Shown in pieces: positions 9,639 through 20,306 of a stretch of 32,000 bases of DNA. Origin of the DNA: Raphidiopsis brookii D9 (lineage in GTDB: Bacteria; Cyanobacteriota; Cyanobacteriia; Cyanobacteriales; Nostocaceae); NCBI GenBank assembly GCA_000175855.1, contig ACYB01000035.1, positions 270,001 to 302,000 on the forward strand, read 5' to 3'. The notes under the pieces were generated by a model, which was given only the letters and a program-made list of their open reading frames with translations, did not search any database and was not told the DNA's origin. A program made the position numbers and the translations under genes. The stretch's first letter is position 1; every line of letters starts with the position of its first letter.

Positions 9639-10688
9639 TTAACCTCCTCCCAGTTGAGCATGAGCAGCTAAAATAATTTTTTCCGTTTCCTCCCAGCTAA
9701 TACATTGGTCAGTTACAGAGACACCATACTTTAAACCCTCCCGGTTACCGTTGATTGGCTGATTACCTTCATATAAATTTGATTCTAGCATCATACCCAC
9801 AATAGAGGTATTACCATCAACTATTTGCCTAATTGCACTTTCTAAGACCCGAGGTTGTAATCTGTAATCTTTATTGGTATTACCATGACTACAATCAATA
9901 ACAATTCTTGATGGTAACCCTGCTGATTTCAACTGCTCTTCTACCAATTTCACATTCTGTGGATCATAGTTGGGTTTAGTACCCCCTCGCAAAATTACAT
10001 GACCATGGGAATTGCCTCGGGTTTCAAATACACTGACCTGTCCTTTTTGATTAATGCCTAAAAAATGGTGAGTATTCTGGGCAGATTTGAGAGCATTCAA
10101 GGCCACATTAATATTGCCGTCTGTGCCATTTTTAAAACCTACTGGCATGGAAAGACCACTGGCCATTTCTCGGTGGGTCTGGGATTCTGTTGTTCTTGCT
10201 CCAATCGCTGACCAACTCACTAGTTCGCTAATATATTGCGGAATAATTGGATCTAATGCTTCCGTTGCTGTGGGTAGTCCTAATTCTGCCAGTTTTAATA
10301 GCAAAGTACGGGCAATTAAAATTCCCTTTTCTACCTTGAAGGAATCATCCATGTCTGGGTCGTTAATTAGTCCCTTCCATCCAATAGTAGTTCTGGGCTT
10401 TTCAAAGTAAACCCGCATGATTAATAGCAATTTATCATGGACTTTATGTGCTAAGAGTTTTAATTTTTCTGCATATTCTATAGCAGCTTCTGGATCATGA
10501 ATAGAACAGGGGCCAACTACAATAAATTTCCTACTGTCTTGAAAATCTAAAATATTTTCTAGTTCTTCTCTATACTTTAAAATCGTGTCCTCAGCGGATT
10601 TCGTCAAAGGTAATTTTTCTTTAACCTGATTAGGAGTTGGTAAAACGTGGGAACTCTTAATGTTAGTGTTGACTAATTTGTTGATCAT
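9639..10688 (-). CDS. 3-deoxy-7-phosphoheptulonate (DAHP) synthase, class I (AroF/G/H type)
   Basis: Near-colinear with E. coli AroG as I recall it: GPCSIHDP...MRVYFEKPRTTIGWKGLINDPDMD...WSAIGARTTESQTHREMASGLSMPVGFKNGTDG...GVSVTDQCISWEETE. The ATG at 10688 (MINKLVNT...) gives 350 aa. The 25-codon upstream extension in the ORF track is unlikely to be real. Confidence 0.92.
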   Translation of the reverse strand: MINKLVNTNIKSSHVLPTPNQVKEKLPLTKSAEDTILKYREELENILDFQDSRKFIVVGPCSIHDPEAAIEYAEKLKLLAHKVHDKLLLIMRVYFEKPRTTIGWKGLINDPDMDDSFKVEKGILIARTLLLKLAELGLPTATEALDPIIPQYISELVSWSAIGARTTESQTHREMASGLSMPVGFKNGTDGNINVALNALKSAQNTHHFLGINQKGQVSVFETRGNSHGHVILRGGTKPNYDPQNVKLVEEQLKSAGLPSRIVIDCSHGNTNKDYRLQPRVLESAIRQIVDGNTSIVGMMLESNLYEGNQPINGNREGLKYGVSVTDQCISWEETEKIILAAHAQLGGG

Positions 10689-10832
10689 GATGCAAACTCT
10701 GGATGGATGCCACATCTTTTTGGTGTAAACCAACACTATACACGTTTTTGCCGAAAATTTCAATCCCTCCCCTAATTGCTCCAGTATTTGGTAAAATTAA
10801 CATAAATTAACGGTGTTGCGAGCAAAATAACT

Positions 10833-12236
10833 ATGCCAGCGAATTCCTGGACAGATCAGGACTCCTATACAGCAAATTCTGATGGTCTAGACTCCCTGCT
10901 ATCTGACCTTTCAGCCCAGGGGAAATCCAAAAATGGGATTAAGGATATTTGCTCCTCATCCCGCTTTCAAGGACGCAGACCTAAGGCCATTCTGGTCCTA
11001 ACTATGGTTTGGGGGGGAACTATTGCTTTACATTTAGTTTCCTGGGGTTTTGCTTTTATTCTGGGTCTGACCACTATCTTGGGTGTTCATGCTCTCAGAA
11101 TTATTCTTGTCAGACCCCGCCACCACCATAAGCAAATACAAGGAGATCTACCCTCTGTATCGGTATTAGTCTCGGCTAAAAACGAACAAGCAGTTATTGA
11201 TAGGTTAGTACACAATCTTTGTAGTCTGGAATATCCCCATGGCGAATATGAGGTCTGGCTTATTGATGACCACAGCACAGACAAAACTCCTGAAATATTG
11301 GCACAACTACAGCAAGACTATAAACAACTTAATGTCTTTCGTAGAGATGCTAATGCTACCGGTGGAAAATCTGGGGCGCTAAATCAGGTCTTGCCAATGA
11401 CTAAAGGTGAAATTATTGCCGTATTTGATGCTGATGCCCAAGTTAGTCCGGATTTATTGTTACAGGTTATACCCACTTTTCAACGAGAAAAGGTCGGTGC
11501 TGTACAAGTTAGAAAGGCGATCGCCAATGCCAAGGAAAATTTTTGGACTAGGGGACAAATGGCGGAAATGGCTCTTGACACCTGGTTCCAACAACAACGC
11601 ACTGCTATTGGTGGGTTGGGTGAATTGCGGGGTAATGGTCAGTTTGTGCGTCGGGAAGCTCTCAATGACTGTGGTGGGTGGAATGAGGAAACCATCACTG
11701 ATGATTTGGATTTAACCATTCGCTTAAATCTAACTGGTTGGGATATAGAATGTATGTTCTACCCACCCGTATTGGAAGAGGGTGTAACCAATGTGGTGGC
11801 CCTTTGGCATCAACGTAATCGTTGGGCCGAGGGTGGATACCAGCGTTATTTAGATTACTGGGATCTCATCCTCAAAGGTCGCATGAGAGCAGGTAAAACC
11901 GTTGATTTACTGATTTTTATGCTGATTATGTATATTATACCTACAGCAGCAGTACCGGATTTACTTATGTCTCTGATTCGTCATCGTCCTCCTATATTAG
12001 CGCCTATTACTGGTTTATCTGTAACTATGTCTTTTATTGGCATGTTCTCTGGTTTAAGGCGCACTCGACAAGATCAGAAAAACTCTAATTACTTAATGCT
12101 ACTTTTACAAACTATTCGTGGCAGCGTCTATATGTTGCACTGGTTAGTGGTTATGAGTAGCACTACAGCTAGGGTATCACTACGTCCTAAACGCCTCAAG
12201 TGGGTTAAGACGGTGCATACTGGTTCCCAACATTAA
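10833..12236 (+). CDS. Family 2 glycosyltransferase, membrane-bound (possibly a monoglucosyl-diacylglycerol synthase-like enzyme)
   Basis: GT2 signature series: VSVLVSAKNE, WLIDDHSTD, AVFDADA, TDDLDL and QxxRW (HQRNRWAEG), flanked by TM segments. The specific MGlcDG-synthase assignment comes from recalled family resemblance only. Confidence 0.7.
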   Translation: MPANSWTDQDSYTANSDGLDSLLSDLSAQGKSKNGIKDICSSSRFQGRRPKAILVLTMVWGGTIALHLVSWGFAFILGLTTILGVHALRIILVRPRHHHKQIQGDLPSVSVLVSAKNEQAVIDRLVHNLCSLEYPHGEYEVWLIDDHSTDKTPEILAQLQQDYKQLNVFRRDANATGGKSGALNQVLPMTKGEIIAVFDADAQVSPDLLLQVIPTFQREKVGAVQVRKAIANAKENFWTRGQMAEMALDTWFQQQRTAIGGLGELRGNGQFVRREALNDCGGWNEETITDDLDLTIRLNLTGWDIECMFYPPVLEEGVTNVVALWHQRNRWAEGGYQRYLDYWDLILKGRMRAGKTVDLLIFMLIMYIIPTAAVPDLLMSLIRHRPPILAPITGLSVTMSFIGMFSGLRRTRQDQKNSNYLMLLLQTIRGSVYMLHWLVVMSSTTARVSLRPKRLKWVKTVHTGSQH

Positions 12237-12304
12237 TAAAACCTGCATATAGGGAATCTACATATCGGTGGTTCCTTAGCTCTCCATCCCGAAAAACCAT
12301 AATT

Positions 12305-13342
12305 TCAAAGTCTGGATGCAAACAAAGCAGCTCCTATTAATCCTACCTGTTCGTTGACAATTATGTGCACTGGGATATTTTGGAGTAGGGAGGTCATGGT
12401 ACCTCCCTCAACAAAATTTTGTATGAAGTTGCCATTTTGCATCAGGGGTAAATTTCTAGGAGCTATACCACCAGCAATATATAATCCTCCGTAGGGTAAT
12501 AGTTTTAAAGCAAAATTGTGGGCTTCCGCACCATAACAACTGACAAATATTCTCATTGTTTCTATGGACAGGCGATCGCTGTTATTGAGTGCTGCAGTGC
12601 CAATGGTAGCTGCTGGATCAGATCCCCCCTGACCGTTTTCCCAGTTTCTAACAACTTGAGCGATTTCTGGGTTTTCCGCTTCTCCGGTTGTATCTCTGAG
12701 GAACTGGTAAATGGAAATTATCCCCAACCCAGAAACCACCCTTTCTATGGAGGAGCGAGCAATCCCATGCTTATTGAGAATATATTGTAATAGTTTAAAC
12801 TCTAATTCATTCCTGGGAGCAAAATCTCCGTGACCACCCTCTGTGGCAAAAACCTGATAATTTTCACCTTGTTGAATTAAAAATGCTTCTCCTAAACCTG
12901 TCCCAGCCCCGATTACTCCTATGGGTGCACCAGGTTGGGGTGGGACATCTTGTAGTGTAATTAAATCCTGGCTTTGTAAACCTAAAATGCCATAACCAAC
13001 AGCTGCAAAATCATTAATCAGAGACACTGTGCGTATACCCAGTTCCCTGGACAGTATTTCCCCGTCCAAAAACCAGGGGAGATTAGTTAATTGCACCTGA
13101 TTGTTTACCACAGGACCTGCGATCGCAAAACAGGCTGTTTCTGGGTCAAAAATGGTTCCTGTAGAAGTTTGTCCAGCCTCTAGGAAACGAATTACAATTG
13201 GTAATAAATCGTCAAAATCTGCACTACGATAATTGTCCTCATATAGAGTGCGTAAACCGAGAGACGGGGAAAATTCCACCAATCTGAGTCGGGTTCCAGT
13301 ACCACCTATATCTCCAGCTAGTAATTGCATAAATGATTGCAT
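12305..13342 (-). CDS. glk: glucokinase
   Basis: ROK/Glk-type ATPase with LAGDIGGTGTRLRL near the N-terminus, plus GAGTGLGEAFL and ATEGGHGDFAP. The start is probably at MQSFMQLLAGD (13342) or MQLLAGD (13330), not the track start at 13426. Confidence 0.88.
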   Translation of the reverse strand: MQSFMQLLAGDIGGTGTRLRLVEFSPSLGLRTLYEDNYRSADFDDLLPIVIRFLEAGQTSTGTIFDPETACFAIAGPVVNNQVQLTNLPWFLDGEILSRELGIRTVSLINDFAAVGYGILGLQSQDLITLQDVPPQPGAPIGVIGAGTGLGEAFLIQQGENYQVFATEGGHGDFAPRNELEFKLLQYILNKHGIARSSIERVVSGLGIISIYQFLRDTTGEAENPEIAQVVRNWENGQGGSDPAATIGTAALNNSDRLSIETMRIFVSCYGAEAHNFALKLLPYGGLYIAGGIAPRNLPLMQNGNFIQNFVEGGTMTSLLQNIPVHIIVNEQVGLIGAALFASRL

Positions 13343-13472
13343 ATAGTGATGTTCTTGTGATTTATTAGTTAGTTTTCCTGTAATACAGCCAATATAATAG
13401 GAGTCAGTGGAAAATTCACCAACCATCTGTTTTATAGCAGATTATCTTTTACGATAGGAACAATTTACAATA

Positions 13473-14510
13473 ATGGTTCAAGAACGCACGTTACCCAAAT
13501 TTGACACCGCCACAGTCCAAATCACCAAAGAAGAGGGGCTGGGACTATACGAGGATATGGTACTAGGACGCTATTTTGAAGATAAATGCGCCGAAATGTA
13601 CTATCGGGGAAAAATGTTTGGGTTTGTCCATTTATATAATGGACAGGAAGCAGTTTCCAGTGGTATAATCAGGGGGGCAATGCGTCCTGGTGAGGACTTT
13701 GTTTCCAGTACCTATCGTGATCACGTCCATGCTTTGAGCGCAGGTGTGCCAGCTAGGGAAGTAATGGCAGAATTGTTTGGCAAGGCCACAGGATGTAGCA
13801 AAGGGCGTGGTGGTTCCATGCACATGTTTTCTGCTGAACATCGGTTATTGGGTGGTTATGCTTTTGTGGCGGAAGGTATTCCGGTAGCATCAGGAGCAGC
13901 CTTTCAAAGTAAATACCGTCGAGAAGTTTTAGGAGATGAGAAAGCGGATCAAGTAACCGCTTGTTTTTTTGGAGATGGAGCTGCAAACAACGGTCAATTT
14001 TTCGAGACCCTAAATATGGCAGCACTGTGGAAACTGCCAATTCTGTTTGTGGTAGAAAATAACAAGTGGGCAATTGGTATGGCACACGAACGGGCAACTT
14101 CCGATCCAGAAATTTACAAAAAAGCTAGTGTGTTTAATATGGTAGGGGTAGAAGTAGATGGCATGGATGTTTTAGCAGTGCGTCAGGTTGCCCAAGAAGC
14201 AGTAGCTAGGGCCCGTGCGGGGGAAGGTCCAACTTTAATTGAGGCCCTTACCTATCGTTTCCGTGGTCACTCCCTAGCTGATCCTGATGAATTGCGTAGT
14301 AAAGAAGAAAAAGAATTTTGGTTTTCTCGCGATCCCATTAAGAAGTTAGGTGCCTATTTAGTGGAGCATAATTTAGCGATAGAATCAGATTTAAAACAGA
14401 TTGAGAAGAAAATACAGAGTTTAATTGAGGATGCAGTCAGTTTTGCCCAGGAGAGTCCTGAGCCTGATTCTAGTGAGTTATATCGCTTCATTTTTGCTGA
14501 AGACGAATAG
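13473..14510 (+). CDS. pdhA: pyruvate dehydrogenase E1 component, alpha subunit
   Basis: 345-aa ORF with a thiamine-diphosphate-binding fold ([12 protein letters not shown]...[36 protein letters not shown]...[13 protein letters not shown]). Confidence 0.92.
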   Translation: MVQERTLPKFDTATVQITKEEGLGLYEDMVLGRYFEDKCAEMYYRGKMFGFVHLYNGQEAVSSGIIRGAMRPGEDFVSSTYRDHVHALSAGVPAREVMAELFGKATGCSKGRGGSMHMFSAEHRLLGGYAFVAEGIPVASGAAFQSKYRREVLGDEKADQVTACFFGDGAANNGQFFETLNMAALWKLPILFVVENNKWAIGMAHERATSDPEIYKKASVFNMVGVEVDGMDVLAVRQVAQEAVARARAGEGPTLIEALTYRFRGHSLADPDELRSKEEKEFWFSRDPIKKLGAYLVEHNLAIESDLKQIEKKIQSLIEDAVSFAQESPEPDSSELYRFIFAEDE

Positions 14511-14527
14511 AAACGGAGAAAGTATCT

Positions 14528-14548
14528 CCCCAGTTTGGGAAACTGGGG
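14528..14548 (+). terminator. Hairpin downstream of pdhA (possible terminator or processing site)
   Basis: Perfect 9-bp stem, ccccagttt with aaactgggg, and a 3-nt loop. No T-run follows. Confidence 0.3.
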
Positions 14549-14637
14549 AAGATAAACACTATGATTAAGATCTCCGCCCCTAAACATGGCAAAATAGGGG
14601 GTTGTAATCAAAAAAATATTGTTAAGGTAATTTTTTA

Positions 14638-15756
14638 GTGACTCCAACTGCTCAATCTAAGACAAGTACACGCCGCGTGGTCTTCCCATTCACAGCTATT
14701 GTTGGTCAGGAAGAAATGAAACTAGCCCTGTTGCTCAACGTAATTGACCCTAAAATCGGTGGCGTAATGATTATGGGCGATCGCGGTACTGGTAAATCTA
14801 CCACAATTCGGGCTTTAGCGGATTTATTGCCAGAGATTCCTGTAGTGGCTAATGATCCGTTCAACAGTGATCCTGAGGATCCGGACTTAATGAGTGATGA
14901 AGTACGTCAACAAGTAGCTCAAGGCTTAGAAATTGCCATTGGTCATAAAAAGGTGCAAATGGTGGATTTACCACTGGGTGCAACGGAAGACCGAGTTTGT
15001 GGCACCATTGACATTGAAAAAGCCTTATCCGAAGGTGTGAAAGCGTTTGAACCGGGTTTATTAGCCAAAGCCAATAGGGGTATTCTCTATGTGGATGAAG
15101 TCAACCTATTAGATGACCACTTAGTGGATGTACTGCTTGATTCTGCTGCTAGTGGTTGGAACACTGTGGAAAGGGAAGGTATTTCCATTCGTCATCCAGC
15201 GCGATTTGTATTGGTTGGTTCAGGAAATCCAGAAGAAGGGGAACTGCGTCCCCAGCTCCTTGACCGGTTTGGGATGCACGCAGAAATTCACACTGTCAAA
15301 GAACCGGCTTTGCGGGTACAAATTGTGGAACAACGCTCAGAATTTGATCAAAATCCGGCTCAGTTTTTGGAGAATTATCAATTTCAGCAAGAGTCATTGC
15401 AGCAGCAAATTGTCAGTTCACAGGAGCTATTACCAAAGGTAAATATTGATTATGATATGCGAGTCAAAATTTCCGAGGTTTGTTCCCAGTTAGATGTGGA
15501 TGGATTGAGGGGAGACATTGTGACTAATCGTGCAGCTAAGGCTCTAACTGCATTTGAAGGACGGACAGAAGTTACAGTGGAAGATATTCGTCGAGTCATC
15601 ACGTTGTGCTTACGTCATCGTCTACGTAAAGATCCTTTAGAGTCCATAGATTCTGGATATAAAGTAGAAAAAGCTTTTGCTCGTGTTTTTGGCGTGGAAC
15701 TAGCGGAGGATGTAGCAGGCAAAAATGGCACTGGGATGAGAAGTGGAGTTCGTTAA
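14638..15756 (+). CDS. chlI: magnesium chelatase ATPase subunit I
   Basis: [43 protein letters not shown] (Walker A), [16 protein letters not shown] (Walker B) and the AAA+ fold. A GTG start at 14638 is required to include the conserved N-terminus. Confidence 0.93.
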   Translation: MTPTAQSKTSTRRVVFPFTAIVGQEEMKLALLLNVIDPKIGGVMIMGDRGTGKSTTIRALADLLPEIPVVANDPFNSDPEDPDLMSDEVRQQVAQGLEIAIGHKKVQMVDLPLGATEDRVCGTIDIEKALSEGVKAFEPGLLAKANRGILYVDEVNLLDDHLVDVLLDSAASGWNTVEREGISIRHPARFVLVGSGNPEEGELRPQLLDRFGMHAEIHTVKEPALRVQIVEQRSEFDQNPAQFLENYQFQQESLQQQIVSSQELLPKVNIDYDMRVKISEVCSQLDVDGLRGDIVTNRAAKALTAFEGRTEVTVEDIRRVITLCLRHRLRKDPLESIDSGYKVEKAFARVFGVELAEDVAGKNGTGMRSGVR

Positions 15757-15855
15757 ACCAAACTATAATGGGAGTTAAGGGTTGGTATCAAAACCAAAAA
15801 GAATGGAATTGGAAAAGAGATCATCAAAACAACACTCCCAAGCAGGCTATAGGAA

Positions 15856-16914
15856 ATGACACAAATGAAAGCAAACTCAGAACCATCCACAGATAAAACC
15901 TTGGACAGAGATTGTACAACCCTGTCCCGTCACGTTCTGCAACAGATGGAAAGCTTTGACTCCCAAGCCCAAGACCTAAGTGCCCTAATGAATCGTATTG
16001 CTTTAGCTGGTAAACTAATCGCTCGTAGATTCACCCGTGCGGGATTAATGGAGGATGTTTTAGGTTTTACGGGAGAAACCAATATCCAAGGTGAAACCGT
16101 CAAAAAAATGGACATCTATGCCAACGAAGTATTTATATCCGTCTTCAAGCAAAGTGGATTAGTTTGCCGTCTTGCTTCCGAAGAAATGGAAAAACCTTAC
16201 TACATTCCAGAAAACTGCCCAATTGGACGTTACACCCTATTATATGATCCCATTGATGGTTCATCTAACACCGACATCAACTTGAGCTTGGGTTCAATTT
16301 TTGCCATTCGACAACAGGAAGGAACAGATTTAGACGGGGAAGCAAAAGACCTCTTAAACCATGGTAGAAAACAACTAGCGGCTGGATATATACTATACGG
16401 ACCCAGTACCATGTTGGTATATAGTATAGGTAAAGGGGTACATTTTTTCACTTTAGATCCTAGTTTAGGAGAGTTTATTCTTACAGAAGAAAATGTAAAA
16501 ATTCCTCAGCATGGGCCTGTATATAGTGTAAACGAAGGCAACTTTTGGCAGTGGGAGGAACCATTTAGGGAATATATTCGCTACGTTCACCGCACGGAAG
16601 GCTATACAGCACGTTATAGTGGGGCTATGGTTAGTGATATTCATCGGATACTAGTGCAAGGTGGTGTATTTCTGTATCCTGGGACATTACAAAAACCAGA
16701 AGGTAAGTTAAGATTATTATATGAGAATGCACCGTTAGCATTTCTGATAGAACAAGCGGGAGGTCGTGCTAGTAATGGAGAAATAGATATTTTAGACTTA
16801 GTGCCCACCAAATTACACCAACGAACACCGCTAATTATCGGTAGTAAAGAAGATGTAGCCAAAGTAGAGTCGTTTTTAGGCAAGGATTTAGTAGAGAAAG
16901 TTACCAAGTCCTAA
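15856..16914 (+). CDS. fbp: fructose-1,6-bisphosphatase class 1
   Basis: 352-aa ORF with FBPase class 1 motifs ([54 protein letters not shown]). Confidence 0.9.
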   Translation: MTQMKANSEPSTDKTLDRDCTTLSRHVLQQMESFDSQAQDLSALMNRIALAGKLIARRFTRAGLMEDVLGFTGETNIQGETVKKMDIYANEVFISVFKQSGLVCRLASEEMEKPYYIPENCPIGRYTLLYDPIDGSSNTDINLSLGSIFAIRQQEGTDLDGEAKDLLNHGRKQLAAGYILYGPSTMLVYSIGKGVHFFTLDPSLGEFILTEENVKIPQHGPVYSVNEGNFWQWEEPFREYIRYVHRTEGYTARYSGAMVSDIHRILVQGGVFLYPGTLQKPEGKLRLLYENAPLAFLIEQAGGRASNGEIDILDLVPTKLHQRTPLIIGSKEDVAKVESFLGKDLVEKVTKS

Positions 16915-17109
16915 CCTGGAAAGTATGAAATTAGATAGAGATCCATAATCTTCCAGTCCAGCATGAACTCTTTAAAAGAGAAAATCAAGATATTGTCACC
17001 AGTATGGGTATTGTTAATGGAAGGGTACGTCCAGGAAATCTGGTTGGTGTAACCATTACATAAAGCATTACCCGATGTCAAAATTAAAAATCTCAACCCT
17101 TAAATCCCT

Positions 17110-18639
17110 ATGGTCAGTTTGTTAGAAAATCCCTTGCGCGTTGGGTTACAACAACAGGGGATGGCAGAACCGCAAATTATTGTGATTTTTGGTGCTTCCG
17201 GTGATTTAACCTGGCGTAAACTCGTTCCTGCTCTGTTCAAACTCCGTCAAGAAAGACGTATTCCCCCAGAAACCACAATTGTAGGTGTGGCCCGTCGTGA
17301 CTGGAGTCATAACTATTTTCGGGAACAGATGGAAAAAGGCATGTTAGAAGCCCATCCTAAAGTCGAATTAGGAGAGCTTTGGCAGAACTTTTGTCAAGGC
17401 TTATTCTACTGTGCGGGTGATATAGACAACTCAGAAAGTTATCAAAAACTGAAAAATTTCCTCGCCGAACTTGATCCCCAGCGGGGAACAAGGGGGAATC
17501 GGATGTTTTACCTTTCGGTGGCTCCTAATTTTTTCCCGGAAGCAATTAAGCAATTGGGGGGAGCGGGAATGTTAGAAGACCCATACAAACACCGTCTAGT
17601 CATTGAAAAACCCTTTGGTAGGGATTTAGCATCAGCACAAAGCCTGAACCAAGTAGTACAAAAGGTTTGTAAAGAGAACCAGGTCTACCGTATCGACCAC
17701 TATTTGGGCAAGGAAACGGTTCAAAATTTACTGGTATTCCGATTTGCCAATGCTATCTTTGAACCTCTGTGGAATAGGCAATTTGTGGATCATGTCCAGA
17801 TCACCGTTGCGGAAACCGTAGGTGTGGAAGATCGGGCAGGATACTACGAGAAGTCCGGAGCTTTACGGGATATGCTGCAAAATCACCTGATGCAGCTTTA
17901 TTGTTTGACAGCTATGGAAGCACCTAATTCCATGGATGCAGATAGTATCCGTACGGAAAAAGTAAAGGTATTACAAGCTACTAGATTAGCTGATGTTAAT
18001 AACTTATCCCGTTCTGCTATTCGGGGACAATATAGTAGGGGGTGGATGAAAGGACAGCCAGTTGCTGGGTATCGGGAAGAACCGGGGGTAGGTCCTAAAT
18101 CAACAACACCCACCTATGTGGCCATGAAATTTGTGGTCGATAACTGGAGATGGCAAGGAGTGCCTTTTTACCTGCGAACTGGTAAAAGGATGCCGAAAAA
18201 AGTGAGTGAAATTTCTATTCATTTTCGGGAAGTTCCTTCCAAAATGTTCGCCTCTGCGGCCTTGCAAGCAAATGCTAATATTTTAACCATGCGTCTCCAA
18301 CCTAATGAGGGTATTTCCTTACGTTTTGAGGTAAAAATGCCTGGTGGAGATTTCCGCACTCGTTCTGTGGATATGGATTTCACTTACGGTTCTTTTGGTA
18401 TAGAAGCCACATCAGATGCTTATGATCGGCTCTTTTTAGACTGTATGATGGGGGATCAAACCCTATTTACTCGTTCAGATGAAGTGGAGGCAGCTTGGCG
18501 TGTAGTAACACCTGCTCTTTCTGTATGGGATTTACCATCAGATCCTGGCACAGTGCCTCAATACGAAGCAGGTACTTGGGAACCAGCAGAAGCGGAATTA
18601 CTGATTAATCAAGATGGTCGTCGTTGGCGCAGACTCTAG
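17110..18639 (+). CDS. zwf: glucose-6-phosphate 1-dehydrogenase
   Basis: 509-aa ORF with [11 protein letters not shown] (NADP binding) and the active-site motif RIDHYLGKE. Confidence 0.95.
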   Translation: MVSLLENPLRVGLQQQGMAEPQIIVIFGASGDLTWRKLVPALFKLRQERRIPPETTIVGVARRDWSHNYFREQMEKGMLEAHPKVELGELWQNFCQGLFYCAGDIDNSESYQKLKNFLAELDPQRGTRGNRMFYLSVAPNFFPEAIKQLGGAGMLEDPYKHRLVIEKPFGRDLASAQSLNQVVQKVCKENQVYRIDHYLGKETVQNLLVFRFANAIFEPLWNRQFVDHVQITVAETVGVEDRAGYYEKSGALRDMLQNHLMQLYCLTAMEAPNSMDADSIRTEKVKVLQATRLADVNNLSRSAIRGQYSRGWMKGQPVAGYREEPGVGPKSTTPTYVAMKFVVDNWRWQGVPFYLRTGKRMPKKVSEISIHFREVPSKMFASAALQANANILTMRLQPNEGISLRFEVKMPGGDFRTRSVDMDFTYGSFGIEATSDAYDRLFLDCMMGDQTLFTRSDEVEAAWRVVTPALSVWDLPSDPGTVPQYEAGTWEPAEAELLINQDGRRWRRL

Positions 18640-18666
18640 AATCACAAATCCAAACAGACAAAAAAT

Positions 18667-20037
18667 ATGGTAACTGAAACTTCTACAATTTATTCCCTGC
18701 AAGCACCTAAAGACATTTCCGTGACGGATATTGAAAATGAACTGGCTCAGATTTGGCAAAGTTATGGTATTCAGGGTCAAAATGGAACTTTACCAGCAGC
18801 TATTCGTGCTACCACGTTTACTCTAGTGGTGTATGAGCCAGAAGAAACCCAGTATCTATTGGCAGCAACTGGTTTTTATACTGGTCCAATTGATGGTATT
18901 TTGGGACCTCACACCAAAACTTCCATTCGAGAGGTTCAGAAAAAACACGGTCTGTCGGAAACTGGTATTCCTACACCAGAAACCATTAGTGTCCTACGGA
19001 AAGAATATTTCAAACTTCAGCATACTGGAGAACCCGGAGACAGTCCTGGTGCGGCCATGCCTTATACTCACAGTCCTACCAGTCCCACTATTGCTGATGA
19101 AATTGCTTTGCGTAATCCTTGTCGAATTATTACTTTATGTCCCATCGCAGGGGAAGATGAAGGGGTAAAAGCACAGGTTTCTGCTTACTGTCCAATTCAA
19201 AAACAAAGTTCCAGCACCCTGGTTTGTTGTGAATATATCAATCTCACGGGAACTACCACAGCGCTGGAACGAATTGGTGGTATGATCCCAGCTTTATTAA
19301 TTGGCGGATTACCCAAATTTTTATGGTGGAAAGCTACTCCTGACTCCCAAAACCCCCTATTTAAGCGCTTAGCAGCAGTTTGTAATAATGTAATTGTTGA
19401 TTCCTGTAACTTTAATTCTCCCGAAAAGGATTTATTAACTCTACAGGATTTGGCGGATACAGGTGTACCACTGGCTGACTTGAATTGGCGAAGACTTTCT
19501 GCATGGCAGGAACTAACCGCTGAAGCTTATGACGCGCCTCAACGTAGGGCAGCTTTAAGGCAAGTTGATCGGGTGAATATTGATTATGAAAAGGGAAATC
19601 CCGCTCAAGCCCTATTATTTTTGGGTTGGTTAGCCAGTCGTTTAGAATGGGAACCGGTTTCTTACCAGAAGGAATTGGGGGACTATGACATTACCAATAT
19701 TGTTTTTGTATCAAAAGATCAAAGACAAATAGCAGCTGAGTTGGCAGGCGTTCCAGTTGCTGATATTGGCGAAATCGTAGGTGACTTAATTGCTCTACGA
19801 TTAAGTTCTTCTAATACTGAAGCTAATTGTGGTACAGTGATCTGTACGGAAACAGGTGGATGTATGAGAATGGAAACTCAGGGTGGAGCCCAGAGTGCTG
19901 GATTGTTTCAACAGGTTAATTCCCTTGCAGAACAAAAACCGGAGTTCTTATTAAGTCAACAAGTGCAGCGTTGGGGTCGTGAAGCTTTGTTTGAAGAAAG
20001 TCTACAGGTAATTACCAAAACCATGAAGTTGCTTTAG
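18667..20037 (+). CDS. opcA: glucose-6-phosphate dehydrogenase assembly/activator protein OpcA
   Basis: The gene lies immediately downstream of zwf and encodes 456 aa. OpcA-like N- and C-terminal regions are present (RATTFTLVVYEPEE...; LNWRRLSAWQELTA...). It also has an internal peptidoglycan-binding-like segment. Confidence 0.85.
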   Translation: MVTETSTIYSLQAPKDISVTDIENELAQIWQSYGIQGQNGTLPAAIRATTFTLVVYEPEETQYLLAATGFYTGPIDGILGPHTKTSIREVQKKHGLSETGIPTPETISVLRKEYFKLQHTGEPGDSPGAAMPYTHSPTSPTIADEIALRNPCRIITLCPIAGEDEGVKAQVSAYCPIQKQSSSTLVCCEYINLTGTTTALERIGGMIPALLIGGLPKFLWWKATPDSQNPLFKRLAAVCNNVIVDSCNFNSPEKDLLTLQDLADTGVPLADLNWRRLSAWQELTAEAYDAPQRRAALRQVDRVNIDYEKGNPAQALLFLGWLASRLEWEPVSYQKELGDYDITNIVFVSKDQRQIAAELAGVPVADIGEIVGDLIALRLSSSNTEANCGTVICTETGGCMRMETQGGAQSAGLFQQVNSLAEQKPEFLLSQQVQRWGREALFEESLQVITKTMKLL

Positions 20038-20051
20038 TTGCACCGGTTTTT

Positions 20052-20085
20052 TCACCAGTATTAACCACAGGGAAAATACTGGTGA
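20052..20085 (+). terminator. Hairpin after opcA (possible operon terminator)
   Basis: Perfect 11-bp stem, tcaccagtatt (20052-20062) with aatactggtga (20075-20085), and a 12-nt loop. No clear T-run follows. Confidence 0.3.
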
Positions 20086-20306
20086 GATTAATCCCTTGAT
20101 ATTTCAGATAATTCTTGCTATAATGAATGTAATGTAGTTTCATCTTATATTGTCCGCTTGCTGCTATACAAATCCTAAAACGCGTTAATAAAGAACCCTT
20201 AGTGATTTTTTAAGAAGTTATATGAAAAGTTATATATTAATACTGATTGAGCGGAATGTGAGATCAGGTATAAATAAATTTCGGAGATTTGATAATAATT
20301 AGTTCC

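Noticed and set aside
10087-10410. Nested or antisense ORFs inside well-supported genes (for example 10087-10410, 11407-11715, 12518-12790, 13753-14097, 15128-15442, 18833-19168, 25849-26094, 27830-28030, 30651-30962)
   Set aside because: Each lies wholly inside a gene with strong family motifs on the other frame or strand, and none shows a motif of its own. They are typical shadow ORFs.
13343-13472. Search for NtcA-type sites (GTA-N8-TAC) in the promoter regions of glk/pdhA, fbp, zwf, ppsA and petJ
   Set aside because: Only partial matches were found (for example a GTA-N8 sequence lacking the TAC half). None was good enough to report.
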